A stretch of DNA of 64,000 nucleotides from an uncultured delta proteobacterium (GTDB lineage Bacteria > Desulfobacterota > Desulfobacteria > Desulfobacterales > QNYZ01): the NCBI GenBank assembly GCA_963845145.1, contig CAWJQU010000013.1, forward strand, positions 1 through 64,000. The letters run 5' to 3'. Shown here one piece after another: positions 1-9,982 of the stretch. The stretch's first letter is position 1; every line of letters begins with the position of its first letter. Made by a program: the position numbers and the translations under genes. Below the pieces are notes generated by a model that worked only from the letters and a program-made list of their open reading frames with translations, was not told the origin of the DNA and did not search any database.

Positions 1-108
1 AATTACCATTTCCCTATCAATTCTGGATTATAAAAAAGGTACCGAAAGCTGGTTCCCGTGACAACAATAAATCGCTTATCTTCAAAAGCGTTGAAGGAGT
101 CTTTGCCG

Positions 109-215
109 GTGATCAATTCAAAAAAACAAAAATCGTACGCACCACTACCTGGCCTGCCGGGCCCGGCTGCCACGGCGGCTGCAGGCTGCTGGCGTGTCAA
201 TATTTAGGAGGTTAG
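109..215 (+). pseudogene. Remnant N-terminus of a second molybdopterin oxidoreductase gene
   Basis: Frame 120-215 reads KKTKIVRTTTWPAGPGCHGGCRLLA, resembling the Fe-S-binding start of Mo-bis-PGD enzymes (the next gene has CRSCHGGCGVIA). An AAGGAG RBS at 94-99 precedes GTG 109, which is one base out of frame at an A7 run. The frame stops at 213-215. Confidence 0.55.
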
Positions 216-216
216 A

Positions 217-2307
217 ATGTCGAAAGTGAAATTTGTGAAAACCATTTGTCGGAGTTGCCATGGCGGCTGCGGGGTTATCGCTCATGTCAAGTCCGGTAAA
301 GTGGTCAAAGTGGAGGGTGACCCCGACTCACCCATAAGTCACGGGAGCCTGTGCACAAAGGGGCTGGCGATTACCCAGCTGGCCTACCACCCTGACCGGG
401 TTTTGCACCCCATGAAAAAGGATAAGCGGGGTTGGCAGCGTATTTCCTGGGATGAGGCGCTGGATACCGTCACTGAAAAATTCCAGGAGGTCAAGGCGCA
501 ATACGGTGCCGAATCCATTTTGATTGGTCAGGGAACCGGTCGCGATTTTGAAAGCCATTTCTCGCGCTTCGGGAACTTGCTGGGTACACCCAACATGATC
601 ACCGCCGGGCATATGTGCTACCTGTCGAGAATTGCGGCAACCCTGACCACCTGCGGGAGGCACCCGGCCATAGATTATGCCGGCAACCCCGAATGCATTG
701 TTATGTGGGGATGCAATCCCTTGTGGACCAATCCGGATGAATATAAGGGCGTCAATTTCTGGAATGCCTATCAGAAAGGGGCTAAGCTTATCGTCATCGA
801 TCCTAGAAAGGGGTTTCTATCCAAAAAGGCCGATCTATGGCTGCAGATCAGGCCGGGAACGGACGCGGCCCTGGCCATGGGATTTCATCATGTAATCATC
901 GAGGAAGGGCTGTATGACGCCGATTTTGTATCCGAGTATATTCATGGTTGGGATGCCTTCGTTGAACGCGTTAGAAACGATTATCCGTTGGACCGTGTAG
1001 AAGAGATCACCTGGATCAAACAGGACCTCATTCGTAAGGCGGCCCGACTGTATGCCACTACAAAACCAGCCGGGATTCATTGGGGGGTTCCCACCGAGCA
1101 AACCAACAATTGTATCGATTTTACCCGGGCGGCAGTGGGTCTCATGGCGGCCACGGGTAACCTGGATGCACCAGGCGGCAATGTTTTTCATCAACCACCG
1201 GGAACGCGCTCGATTGCCGAATTCTCCTCACACCGGTCATTGTCCCCTGAACAGCGGGCAAAGCAATTGGGAGGGGATACCTATAAACTGGCTTCCAGAA
1301 TGACGATTGTCACACCCAAATGCGCCTGGGATGCCATTTTAAAAGAGGATCCCTACCCGGTAAAGGCAGGTTACCTGGTGGGAACCAACCCAGTGGTTTC
1401 CCGGGCCAATGCCAAGGAGGTTTACGCGGCGTTGAAAAAACTGGACTTTCTGGCCGTATCCGATTTTTTCCTGACACCGACAGCCGAATTGGCAGACGTT
1501 TTTCTCCCGGCAGGCACTTGGCTGGAACAGGACCATGTCGCCGACAACTGGAAATTTCACGGCTATGTACTGGCCAGGCAAAAAGTCGTGGAAATCGGTG
1601 AGTGCTGGCAGGATCATAAAATATTCATGGAGTTGGGCAAGCGCATGGGCCAGCAGTGGTGGAACACGGTGGAGGACGCACTCGACTGGCTGTTAGAGCC
1701 GACTGGCCTGAACTGGGAGCAATTCAAACGCAAGGGCTTCCTCAAAGGTGAAATGAAATATTACAAGTACAAGGAAAAGGGGTTTTCCACACCTACCCGC
1801 AAAGTGGAATTGTATTCCACGACCATCGAAGGCTGGGGCGCAGATCCGCTGCCCAAGTATACGGAATTGCCGGAAAGCCCGGTTTCCCAACCGGAACTGG
1901 CTGAATCATATCCGTATATCCTCAATTGCGGCCTGCGAACGCCGACGTTTTTTCATTCCGCGAACCGTCAACTACCCTGGCTCAGGGAGATCCGGCCGGA
2001 CCCCATCGTCGAAATCCATCCTGAAACGGCAAAGCAGCATGGCATTGAGGCGGGAGATTGGATCTGGATCGAGTCACCACGTGGGCGTGCCAAGTTACGC
2101 ACCAAAATCAACAGTGGCATTGACTCCCGCGTGGTGGTGGCCGAACATGGCTGGTGGTATCCTGAAATTAATACGCCTGACCATGGTTGGGATATTTCAA
2201 ATATCAACATGTTAACGGATAATTCTCACGAGTCTATGGATCCGTTGGTGGGGGCTACCAACTTGAGAGCTCTGTTATGCAAAATATATCGCTGCGAAGC
2301 TGAATAG
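217..2307 (+). CDS. Mo/W-bis-PGD oxidoreductase, acetylene-hydratase-like family, catalytic subunit
   Basis: N-terminal CxxCxxxC...C 4Fe-4S motif; GHMC metal-ligand Cys; RPGTDAAL, PTAELAD.LP and TPTRKVELYS motifs; C-terminal molybdopterin-binding domain; no Tat signal; AGGAGG RBS. Confidence 0.9.
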   Translation: MSKVKFVKTICRSCHGGCGVIAHVKSGKVVKVEGDPDSPISHGSLCTKGLAITQLAYHPDRVLHPMKKDKRGWQRISWDEALDTVTEKFQEVKAQYGAESILIGQGTGRDFESHFSRFGNLLGTPNMITAGHMCYLSRIAATLTTCGRHPAIDYAGNPECIVMWGCNPLWTNPDEYKGVNFWNAYQKGAKLIVIDPRKGFLSKKADLWLQIRPGTDAALAMGFHHVIIEEGLYDADFVSEYIHGWDAFVERVRNDYPLDRVEEITWIKQDLIRKAARLYATTKPAGIHWGVPTEQTNNCIDFTRAAVGLMAATGNLDAPGGNVFHQPPGTRSIAEFSSHRSLSPEQRAKQLGGDTYKLASRMTIVTPKCAWDAILKEDPYPVKAGYLVGTNPVVSRANAKEVYAALKKLDFLAVSDFFLTPTAELADVFLPAGTWLEQDHVADNWKFHGYVLARQKVVEIGECWQDHKIFMELGKRMGQQWWNTVEDALDWLLEPTGLNWEQFKRKGFLKGEMKYYKYKEKGFSTPTRKVELYSTTIEGWGADPLPKYTELPESPVSQPELAESYPYILNCGLRTPTFFHSANRQLPWLREIRPDPIVEIHPETAKQHGIEAGDWIWIESPRGRAKLRTKINSGIDSRVVVAEHGWWYPEINTPDHGWDISNINMLTDNSHESMDPLVGATNLRALLCKIYRCEAE

Positions 2308-2318
2308 GAGGAAATGGG

Positions 2319-2765
2319 ATGGAAAAAATCTCATTGGTGATCAGAAAAAAGGATTGTATGGGATGCCACGCCTGCGAAGTGGCCTGCAAGCAGGAGCACG
2401 GTTTGGGCGTCGGCCCCCGACTGATACAGGTAAGGGAAGAGAGCCCCGATTTTATCCCGATCTACTGCCACCATTGTGCCAGGCCGCCTTGTCGGGATGC
2501 TTGCCCGGTTGAGGCAATTTCCAGAAACGATCGGGGTATTGTTCTGATCGATGAAGATCTCTGCATCGGCTGCAGGGATTGCGTTGAAGCCTGTCCATTC
2601 GGTGCCATGCAATTCGAAAACGGGCTTGAAGTGGCAGTGAAGTGCGATCTTTGTACCGATCGCCTGGAAGATGGCAAAACGCCCGCTTGCATGGACGTGT
2701 GCCCGACCGGGTGTATCCGCCTGGGTGAAAAGAAAAGCATTGCCGCTGTGTTTGAAGGAAAATAG
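2319..2765 (+). CDS. 4Fe-4S dicluster (DmsB/NrfC-like) electron-transfer subunit
   Basis: CMGCHACEVACK, CHHCARPPCRDACP, CIGCRDCVEACP and KCDLC..PACMDVCP motifs. Confidence 0.92.
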   Translation: MEKISLVIRKKDCMGCHACEVACKQEHGLGVGPRLIQVREESPDFIPIYCHHCARPPCRDACPVEAISRNDRGIVLIDEDLCIGCRDCVEACPFGAMQFENGLEVAVKCDLCTDRLEDGKTPACMDVCPTGCIRLGEKKSIAAVFEGK

Positions 2766-2768
2766 CAT

Positions 2769-4271
2769 ATGAACCTTGCAAAAAATTTAGAGACGACAGC
2801 ATCATTCTTTCCGGACAGACCTGCAATCAGTGAGGATTTGTCCAAAACCAACTATAAACAGTTGAATGACCGAGCTAATCGAGTGGCTACGGCGTTGCGC
2901 CAAATGGGGATACAGACCGGGGATCAAGTCGGGTTATGCGCACCCAATTCCGGTGATTGGCTGGCCTTTTATTTTGGTGTCCTCAAGGCGGGCGCCGTTG
3001 CCGTGACCCTGTCCAGCCAGCTTAAAAAGGACGAGTTGAATCTTCTGATAAACCACTCCAGACCCAGAATGATTTTCACATTCGATGAAAAACTGGAAGG
3101 CCTGTCTGCTCTGCGGGATGAAGACTGCCTGCGCAAAATTATCAGTCCGCATGGTGATATGTCTTTCAAAGAACTGCTGGGAAAAGGGTCCGGTAATTTC
3201 AGGGCCATCGACAGGGAGCGGACCGACACGGCCGCTATCCTGTACACTGGCGGTACGACCGGTACGCCCAAAGGTGTCATGCTCAGCCACGAAAACATCA
3301 ACGCCGCCATCTACGGGGTGATTCTACACGAGCGTTCCAATGAAAACGATCGGGCTCTCTGTTTTCTTCCCTTTAACCACGTGTTTGGCCAGATGCACAT
3401 CATGAATGCTACCATACTCAGCGGCGGGTGTCTGGAATTGATGCCTGGTTTTGATCTGGATCAGGTGTTGACTCTCATGGGTGCCGGCCGGGTCACCAAA
3501 TTTTTTGCCGTTCCGACCATCTATGTGCGTTTGTTGAATTTGGAAGGGCTCAAAGAAAAATTGGGTAAGGTTCACTATTGCTTTTCAGCCGCGGCCAGCA
3601 TGGCCGCCGATATCGTCCAGCAATGGAAAGCAAGGACCGGTCTGGCCATACATGAAGGCTACGGCATGACTGAGGCTGCCCCGACGGTGGCTTATAATCA
3701 CCACGTCAAACACGTCATCGGATCGGTGGGAACCGCAGTGCCGAATGTTGAAATTCAAATCAGGGATCTTAATGGTCTGCAGGTGGAACAGGGGCGGGAA
3801 GGTGAAGTATGTGTGCGCGGACCCAACATCATGAAGGGATATTACAACAATCCCGAAGGAACCCGGGAGGCATTTTGGGACAATGGATGGTTCCGCTCCG
3901 GGGATGTGGGGATGTTAGGTGAGGGTGATTACTTGTATATTGTGGATCGACTGAAGGACATGATTATTACCGGAGGGGAGAATGTCTACTCTCTGGAAGT
4001 GGAAGACGTCCTTTACACCCATCCCGATGTCCAGGAGTGTGCTGTTATTGGATCTCCTGACAAGGAATGGGGAGAGATCGTGACCGCTTTTATCATTCCT
4101 CAGCCAAACAGGATCATCGACGAAAAAAAAATGAAAGATTTCCTGAAATCCAGGCTTTCTGCCTACAAGGTACCCAAATTGCTTTTCAACGTGGACGACT
4201 TTCCGAGGAGCCCTGCCGGAAAAATATTAAAAAGAAAGCTGAGAAAATTGACCAATGCTGGGAAGCGGTGA
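2769..4271 (+). CDS. Acyl-CoA synthetase (AMP-forming, FadD-like)
   Basis: YTGGTTGTPKG, EGYGMTE, RSGD and SPAGKILK ANL-family motifs. Confidence 0.92.
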   Translation: MNLAKNLETTASFFPDRPAISEDLSKTNYKQLNDRANRVATALRQMGIQTGDQVGLCAPNSGDWLAFYFGVLKAGAVAVTLSSQLKKDELNLLINHSRPRMIFTFDEKLEGLSALRDEDCLRKIISPHGDMSFKELLGKGSGNFRAIDRERTDTAAILYTGGTTGTPKGVMLSHENINAAIYGVILHERSNENDRALCFLPFNHVFGQMHIMNATILSGGCLELMPGFDLDQVLTLMGAGRVTKFFAVPTIYVRLLNLEGLKEKLGKVHYCFSAAASMAADIVQQWKARTGLAIHEGYGMTEAAPTVAYNHHVKHVIGSVGTAVPNVEIQIRDLNGLQVEQGREGEVCVRGPNIMKGYYNNPEGTREAFWDNGWFRSGDVGMLGEGDYLYIVDRLKDMIITGGENVYSLEVEDVLYTHPDVQECAVIGSPDKEWGEIVTAFIIPQPNRIIDEKKMKDFLKSRLSAYKVPKLLFNVDDFPRSPAGKILKRKLRKLTNAGKR

Positions 4272-4377
4272 TTTGGTCAAGCTCGGTGATCAGCCCAGTT
4301 GAAGATTATTTAACAGAACTTCGGACACCATGCGGCCGCCAACCCGTTTTCATGGCTTTCCCTCTGCGAAGCAATGT

Positions 4378-5127
4378 TCAAGGATCGTCCAAAACTGTTA
4401 GCGACAAACCCTTTCGCTTTCGATAGCTTTCTTCAAGACCGACCAATCTTTTGCCTACGTTTTTTATATGTTTTCTCATACTATCAGCTGCCCGCTTTCC
4501 ATTTCCTTCAATGACAGCCTCCACTATGGCCTGGTGTTCCAGAGGATCATGAATAATTGTTCTTTTGGGCTTGACGGTTAGTACAATTTCCTGGGTGAGC
4601 CGAATGAGTGGTTCCAGCATGGCCTGGAAAAGACGACTGCCGCACATTTCTATCAATACATTGTCTGTGGCCATATTACGACTTACCCATTCAGCATGAT
4701 TTTTTGTTGGTATTTGTTCAATGTCCAACGCTTTTTTAAGCTTGATAGCCCACTCTTCTGTAAGGTTTTCAGCAGCTAAGCGGGCCACCTCAGGCTCCAA
4801 CAAAAAACGGGCTTGCACCAGCTCTTGTGCCGAAAGTTGTCTAGTCAAAAAAAGATCAGTGTAGAATTCAGATAACCTTTCATATCCCAATCTCTGCACA
4901 TAGGCTCCTCCATATGGTCCCTGCCGGATATTTAAGAATCCTGAAAGTTCTAATGTTCGTAGCGCTTCTCTTACAACTACTCTGCTGACTTGAAAGGCTT
5001 CGGTCAATTCCCTCTCCGAAGGTAACTTGTCACCAGGCCCGTACTCTCCACTAAGAATGGCTTTCTTGAGTTGCCCAGCAACATTTTCCGAAATACGATG
5101 TGGTTTTACAGATATAAATTTGGACAT
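4378..5127 (-). CDS. GntR/FadR-family transcriptional regulator (FCD domain)
   Basis: LPSERELTEAFQVSRVVVREAL helix-turn-helix; C-terminal EH..I..A...A...M..H FCD pattern; divergent from the tct genes. Confidence 0.93.
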   Translation of the reverse strand: MSKFISVKPHRISENVAGQLKKAILSGEYGPGDKLPSERELTEAFQVSRVVVREALRTLELSGFLNIRQGPYGGAYVQRLGYERLSEFYTDLFLTRQLSAQELVQARFLLEPEVARLAAENLTEEWAIKLKKALDIEQIPTKNHAEWVSRNMATDNVLIEMCGSRLFQAMLEPLIRLTQEIVLTVKPKRTIIHDPLEHQAIVEAVIEGNGKRAADSMRKHIKNVGKRLVGLEESYRKRKGLSLTVLDDP

Positions 5128-5189
5128 TTTTTACCCCTTGGTGGTTATTTTTATAATCTATAGGCTTAACCCCAAGCTTGAAAATATTA

Positions 5190-5229
5190 TTGACATTTAT
5201 TGGACTAACATATAACATTATCTAATGTT
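5190..5229 (+). promoter_or_regulatory. Sigma70-like promoter of the tct/ASST operon with an overlapping palindromic operator
   Basis: TTGACA (5190) followed after 17 bp by TAACAT; perfect inverted repeat AACATTA-TC-TAATGTT at 5214-5229. Confidence 0.5.
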
Positions 5230-5354
5230 TTGCAACTCATAGATTTGAATTACGTACATAATGCAATGAACATTATTTTCTGATGAATTAACTTACTGAA
5301 TTTTCTATATAAGGGTTTTGCCCTTAAACCACACAAACGGATAGGAGGTGCTGT

Positions 5355-6308
5355 ATGTTAAAAAAAAGTATGTTAATCACAATTGTTTTGGTAGCTATTA
5401 TGGGACTAAATATAATGCCGGCCGCAGCCAAGTGGCCTGAGAAGCCCATTCAGATCATGATTCCCTGGCCACCCGGTAATGATCCCTCTACCTTGGTGGC
5501 AACGGCCATGGCACCTCATATTTCTGAGGAGCTTGGGGTACCTGTGAAAGTCGTTAATAAGCCCGGTGGTGGGGCTGTACTGGCTACCAACGAACTGGCT
5601 AAAAGCAGGCCGGATGGCTATACGCTTGGCCTTATCTCAATAGGCCCCATGATTACCCAGGTCCTTCGTGGTAAGACACCTTATAAGAATCAAGACCTGA
5701 GACCCCTGGGGCTCATCTGGTCATCGCCCTTTACCCTTTCTTGCAAGGCTGACGCACCCTACAATAACCTTAAGGAACTGGCCGAGTATGGTAAGGGCCA
5801 TGACCTACGACTCGCGCATTGGGGGTTGGGTGCAGTTCCAACGCTGATCGCGATGAATGTAGCAAAAAAGGGCGGGTTCCAATGGAAAGAAACGGCTTAT
5901 AAAAAGCTTAATCCGCTTCTAGTGGACAAAGGGGATGCCGACGTTATCACATTCTCAACGCCTGGTATTAAAGATTATGTGGAAGCCGGCAAGCTGAAGA
6001 TTCTTGCGTGTATGTTGCCAAACCGGTTACCCCAGTACCCCGATGTAGCGACTGTTAAAGAACAAGGTTTTGGCGTTGGCTATTCCATTTGGTTCGGAGC
6101 ATTTGTCCCGGCAAAAACGCCTGACGATATTGTTAAGAAACTGAGCACTACCTTTTTCGATGTCATGGCCAAGCCTGAAATCCAGGATGTCATTAAAAAG
6201 GTTGGCGTTATTCCCCACCCCACAGGACCGGATGAAGCCAGGGCGCAGATGGACAGCGAACTGAATGCTTTCGGCGGTATTATGAAGGATCTGGGGATCA
6301 TTAAATAA
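5355..6308 (+). CDS. tctC: Tripartite tricarboxylate transporter substrate-binding protein (TctC/Bug)
   Basis: Signal peptide; WPEKPI..IPWPPG, VVNKPGGG, PDGYTL and PDVAT.KE.G motifs. Confidence 0.92.
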   Translation: MLKKSMLITIVLVAIMGLNIMPAAAKWPEKPIQIMIPWPPGNDPSTLVATAMAPHISEELGVPVKVVNKPGGGAVLATNELAKSRPDGYTLGLISIGPMITQVLRGKTPYKNQDLRPLGLIWSSPFTLSCKADAPYNNLKELAEYGKGHDLRLAHWGLGAVPTLIAMNVAKKGGFQWKETAYKKLNPLLVDKGDADVITFSTPGIKDYVEAGKLKILACMLPNRLPQYPDVATVKEQGFGVGYSIWFGAFVPAKTPDDIVKKLSTTFFDVMAKPEIQDVIKKVGVIPHPTGPDEARAQMDSELNAFGGIMKDLGIIK

Positions 6309-6364
6309 CTTAAAAATCTGGGAGGAGACCTTTATCCTGAAAATGGCTTTACCAGGAGGCCGCC

Positions 6365-6859
6365 ATGAGTGAAAAAATAGAAAATCAGAGCCGAGTCCAC
6401 GACCTATTTAGCGCCTTTTTAGGGGCGTTCGCGGCCTTTTGTTTGATCACATCCCCCTGGAATGTGGACTCCGAAGGCCCCGATCCATTTTATAAAGGCC
6501 CTCTAATTTTTCCCATCATGATACTTTCCATGATGATCTTTGCCTCCTTACCAGCGTGCAAACGCCTTTTTTTTCCAACCGAAGGGAGCACTTGGCATTT
6601 GGACGGAGAAGGCTACCATCAAAAAACGCTGGTTGTTCTGGTCTTACTGATCGCGATGCTCGTCTGTTTTAATGTGATCGGGTTGGAGGTTTCCGCCCTT
6701 ATTTTTTTAAGCGTATCTCTTTATACTTTGGGTCATCGCAGCCCTTTAAAGCTGGTTGTATTGCCCATTGTAATGACCGGGTTGATTGTATTGATCTTTA
6801 AACACTTTTTGGGTGTTTTTTTTCCGACCCCTCTAATTACCGATTGGCTAGGGGGTTAA
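6365..6859 (+). CDS. tctB: Tripartite tricarboxylate transporter small membrane subunit (TctB)
   Basis: 4-5 TM helices, GP..FP motif and C-terminal F..FL.V.P; lies between tctC and tctA. Confidence 0.85.
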   Translation: MSEKIENQSRVHDLFSAFLGAFAAFCLITSPWNVDSEGPDPFYKGPLIFPIMILSMMIFASLPACKRLFFPTEGSTWHLDGEGYHQKTLVVLVLLIAMLVCFNVIGLEVSALIFLSVSLYTLGHRSPLKLVVLPIVMTGLIVLIFKHFLGVFFPTPLITDWLGG

Positions 6860-6862
6860 CGT

Positions 6863-8377
6863 ATGTGGGAGAATTTGATTACCGGAGCATCGGCCGCTCT
6901 AACCTTGGCCAATATGGGGTCACTCGTTTTTGGAACCTTCGTTGGAATCGTCGTGGGGATATTACCCGGTATTGGACCTATGGTCGGTATGGTGGTGCTC
7001 CTGCCCTTTACTTTTTCGCTGCCACCTGATGTGGCCCTATCAATGTTGTTGGGCGTATTTTGCGGCGGCTATTTTGGGGGCGCGGTACCGGCGATTTTGA
7101 TGCGCACTCCAGGAGTGCCGTCCTCTCTGGTAACCAGTTTCGACGGATTTCCGCTCACCCAGAAGGGAGAAGCCCAAACCGCTCTTTCGGCAGCCCTTTT
7201 AGGCTCTTTTGGGGGCGGTATTATTAGTGTCTGCATCCTTGTCTTGTTAGCTCCCATGCTGGCGCATGTGGCCGCCAGCTTTGGCTCGCCGGAGTATTTC
7301 GGGGCCGGGTTATTCGGGGTAACACTGGTAGTTATGGCCAATCGCGACCGGTTGTTACAAGGAATCCTATTGCTTGGGTTAGGGCTCTGGTTTTCAACGG
7401 TCGGGATCGATGGCGCGACTCTCTCACCGCGGTTTTGCTTCGGTACACTGTCCATGCAAAATGGTCTGCACATTGTACCGGTCTGCCTGGGTCTTTTTGG
7501 CGTCGGCCAGACTTTGCTTTTATTAGAGCGCAAAATACTAATGACCGGCAATATGAATCTCACACGCAGCACCCTGGACTTTTCCAAACTCTGGGTGACG
7601 CTGCGTTATTGGAAGACCTTAATCAAATCGGGGATAATCGGCACCTTTGTAGGACTTTTGCCAGGTACGGGTTCCATCTTGGCCTCTTTTTTGTCTTATG
7701 AAGCGGCCAAACGATCCTCAAAAAAGCCTCAGGATTTCGGCCGCGGCACCCCTGAGGGCTGCCTGGCTTCTGAAGCTGGCAACAACGCAGTCCCCGCCGG
7801 CGCCATGATTCCGCTACTCACTTTAGGAATTCCGGGTGACGCCCTGAGTGCAGTTCTTTTAGGGGTATTTACCATTAACGGCATTTACCCGGGGCCGCTA
7901 CTTCTGATTAAAGAACCGGTTTTGATTAACACACTTTATTTTTCAATCTTCATGATAAATATTGTTGCCTTCTTAATGCTTGCTTTTTTGCTAAAGCCAT
8001 TCGCCATGATCGTTAAGGTTCCGACCACACTTCTGGCAGTAAACATCATGCTGATTTCAGTGGTCGGGATTTATGCGGTAAACACCCGTGCCTTCGATGC
8101 CGCGGTTGCTATATTCATGGGTGTATTGGGTTATGTACTTCTCCGGTTAAAATGGCCGGTAGTAAACTTGATTATGGGGGTTGTGTTGGGAGAAATTTTA
8201 GAGAACCGCCTTCGCGAGAGTTTGAGTCTTGGTGAAGGTAACCCTCTTATTTTTCTAACACGACCGATTTCCCTGATGCTCATTATCCTAACAATTCTAA
8301 TCGTGACGATCCCGTTTTATAAAGATTGGCGTAAAAGCATTCGCCAAGATCAGGGGATCGATCCTGCAGGTCAATAG
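6863..8377 (+). CDS. tctA: Tripartite tricarboxylate transporter large membrane subunit (TctA)
   Basis: G.LPGIG, TPG.P, DGFP and ASEAGNNA...G..IPLLTLGIPG signatures. Confidence 0.95.
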   Translation: MWENLITGASAALTLANMGSLVFGTFVGIVVGILPGIGPMVGMVVLLPFTFSLPPDVALSMLLGVFCGGYFGGAVPAILMRTPGVPSSLVTSFDGFPLTQKGEAQTALSAALLGSFGGGIISVCILVLLAPMLAHVAASFGSPEYFGAGLFGVTLVVMANRDRLLQGILLLGLGLWFSTVGIDGATLSPRFCFGTLSMQNGLHIVPVCLGLFGVGQTLLLLERKILMTGNMNLTRSTLDFSKLWVTLRYWKTLIKSGIIGTFVGLLPGTGSILASFLSYEAAKRSSKKPQDFGRGTPEGCLASEAGNNAVPAGAMIPLLTLGIPGDALSAVLLGVFTINGIYPGPLLLIKEPVLINTLYFSIFMINIVAFLMLAFLLKPFAMIVKVPTTLLAVNIMLISVVGIYAVNTRAFDAAVAIFMGVLGYVLLRLKWPVVNLIMGVVLGEILENRLRESLSLGEGNPLIFLTRPISLMLIILTILIVTIPFYKDWRKSIRQDQGIDPAGQ

Positions 8378-8440
8378 TATGAAAACGTCAGAATTGATTA
8401 AATGATTTTCAAGAAAAAATAGTCGGAAAGGAATTAAAAT

Positions 8441-9883
8441 ATGACTTACCCCTCTGTCTATCCCACAGGGACGACTGTTTATCTTCCAGATAAATGTTGG
8501 AGTGGCTACACCATTTTTCAGGCTAAGGAGCACGGGGCGCTTCTTATCGACATGAATGGCTGCGAGGTACGCCTGTGGAAGGGTTTACACGGGTTCCCCA
8601 ATAAAATTTTACCAGGTGGTAACGTTATAGGCCATACCGGTGAGCGAAGTACCAAATTCGGTATGCAGGATTATCGCGACCTGATACAGGTTGACTGGGA
8701 AGGCCGCATTGTCTGGAAGTTCAATGAATATGAGTTTATTGAAGATCCTGGTGAGAAGCCCCAGTGGATGGCTCGCGTCCATCATGACTATCAACGGGAA
8801 GGCAATCCTGTTGGCTACTATACACCTGGTATGGATCCGAAGGTGGACGGCGGTAATACCTTGATACTTGGCCATAAGGAACTATTTTGCAAAGGGATTA
8901 CCGACAAGCGGCTGCTGGACGATACCATTTACGAGGTAACTTGGGACGGTAATTTAGTATGGGAATGGGTATGTAGTGAACACTTCGAAGAATTCGGTTT
9001 TCGCGAGGATGCCAAGAACATTCTATGTCGCGATCCGAATATGCGGCCAGCCGGCGGCGGCATGGGAGATTGGATGCACTTGAATGCCATGTCCTCTTTA
9101 GGTCCTAACAAATGGCATGATGCTGGTGATGACCGCTTTCACCCGGATAACATTATTACCGACGGCCGAGAAACCAACATCATATTTATTATCAGTAAAG
9201 ATACCGGCCGGGTAGTATGGAAGGTGGGTCCCAATTACGATGAAACTCCCGAGCTCAGGGCACTGGGCTGGATTATCGGACAACATCATGCGCATATGAT
9301 CCCAAAAGGCCTTCCCGGTGAAGGCCATATTTTGGTCTTTGACAACGGGGGGTGGGCCGGATACGGCGCACCCAACCCGGGCAGCTCCACAGGTGCTAAA
9401 AATGCGCTTCGGGATTACTCCCGCGTACTTGAATTTGACCCAGTTACCCTAAAGATAATTTGGCAGTACTCGCCGAGTGAAGCCGGATTCGTCCATCCGA
9501 CTGACAGCAACCGTTTCTACAGCCCCTTTATTAGTGGTGCCCAACGTCTGCCCAATGGCAATACCTTGATTACCGAAGGTAGTGGCGGTCGCATCATCGA
9601 AGTCACCGCCGATCACAAGCTCGTCTGGGAGTACATCAGTCCTTACTGGGGGAAGCATTTCAAGATGAATATGGTGTACCGGGCTTACCGAGTACCCTAT
9701 GAGTGGGTTCCGCAAGCAGGTCAGCCTCAAGAAAAAGCCATTGCGCCCGTGGACGTTACCACTTTCCGTATGCCTGGAGCGGCCCCAGGTGGAACCGCAG
9801 CAGAGGTGAGTGTAGAAGGAACGCTACCGTACCAATCATCTTCGGCGCTGTGTGTTTCGTCCGATACGGATGAGGTTGATTGA
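8441..9883 (+). CDS. Arylsulfate sulfotransferase (ASST, PAPS-independent), no signal peptide
   Basis: PSVYPTGTT start; HHD, W.H.N, DGR, QH and FDN motifs; SGAQRLPNGNTLITEG beta-propeller repeat; YRAYR. Confidence 0.88.
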   Translation: MTYPSVYPTGTTVYLPDKCWSGYTIFQAKEHGALLIDMNGCEVRLWKGLHGFPNKILPGGNVIGHTGERSTKFGMQDYRDLIQVDWEGRIVWKFNEYEFIEDPGEKPQWMARVHHDYQREGNPVGYYTPGMDPKVDGGNTLILGHKELFCKGITDKRLLDDTIYEVTWDGNLVWEWVCSEHFEEFGFREDAKNILCRDPNMRPAGGGMGDWMHLNAMSSLGPNKWHDAGDDRFHPDNIITDGRETNIIFIISKDTGRVVWKVGPNYDETPELRALGWIIGQHHAHMIPKGLPGEGHILVFDNGGWAGYGAPNPGSSTGAKNALRDYSRVLEFDPVTLKIIWQYSPSEAGFVHPTDSNRFYSPFISGAQRLPNGNTLITEGSGGRIIEVTADHKLVWEYISPYWGKHFKMNMVYRAYRVPYEWVPQAGQPQEKAIAPVDVTTFRMPGAAPGGTAAEVSVEGTLPYQSSSALCVSSDTDEVD

Positions 9884-9982
9884 AGTACTTTAAATCCCTT
9901 TCGCGGAGCTGCTTGGATACCATTATCATCTACCAATAGGTGCTCGCCAAAGGTTGTAAATTAAGCCAAAGGAGTAGGAATA

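Noticed and set aside
217..2307. True acetylene hydratase
   Set aside because: The catalytic Asp13 position is His, and an electron-transfer subunit follows.
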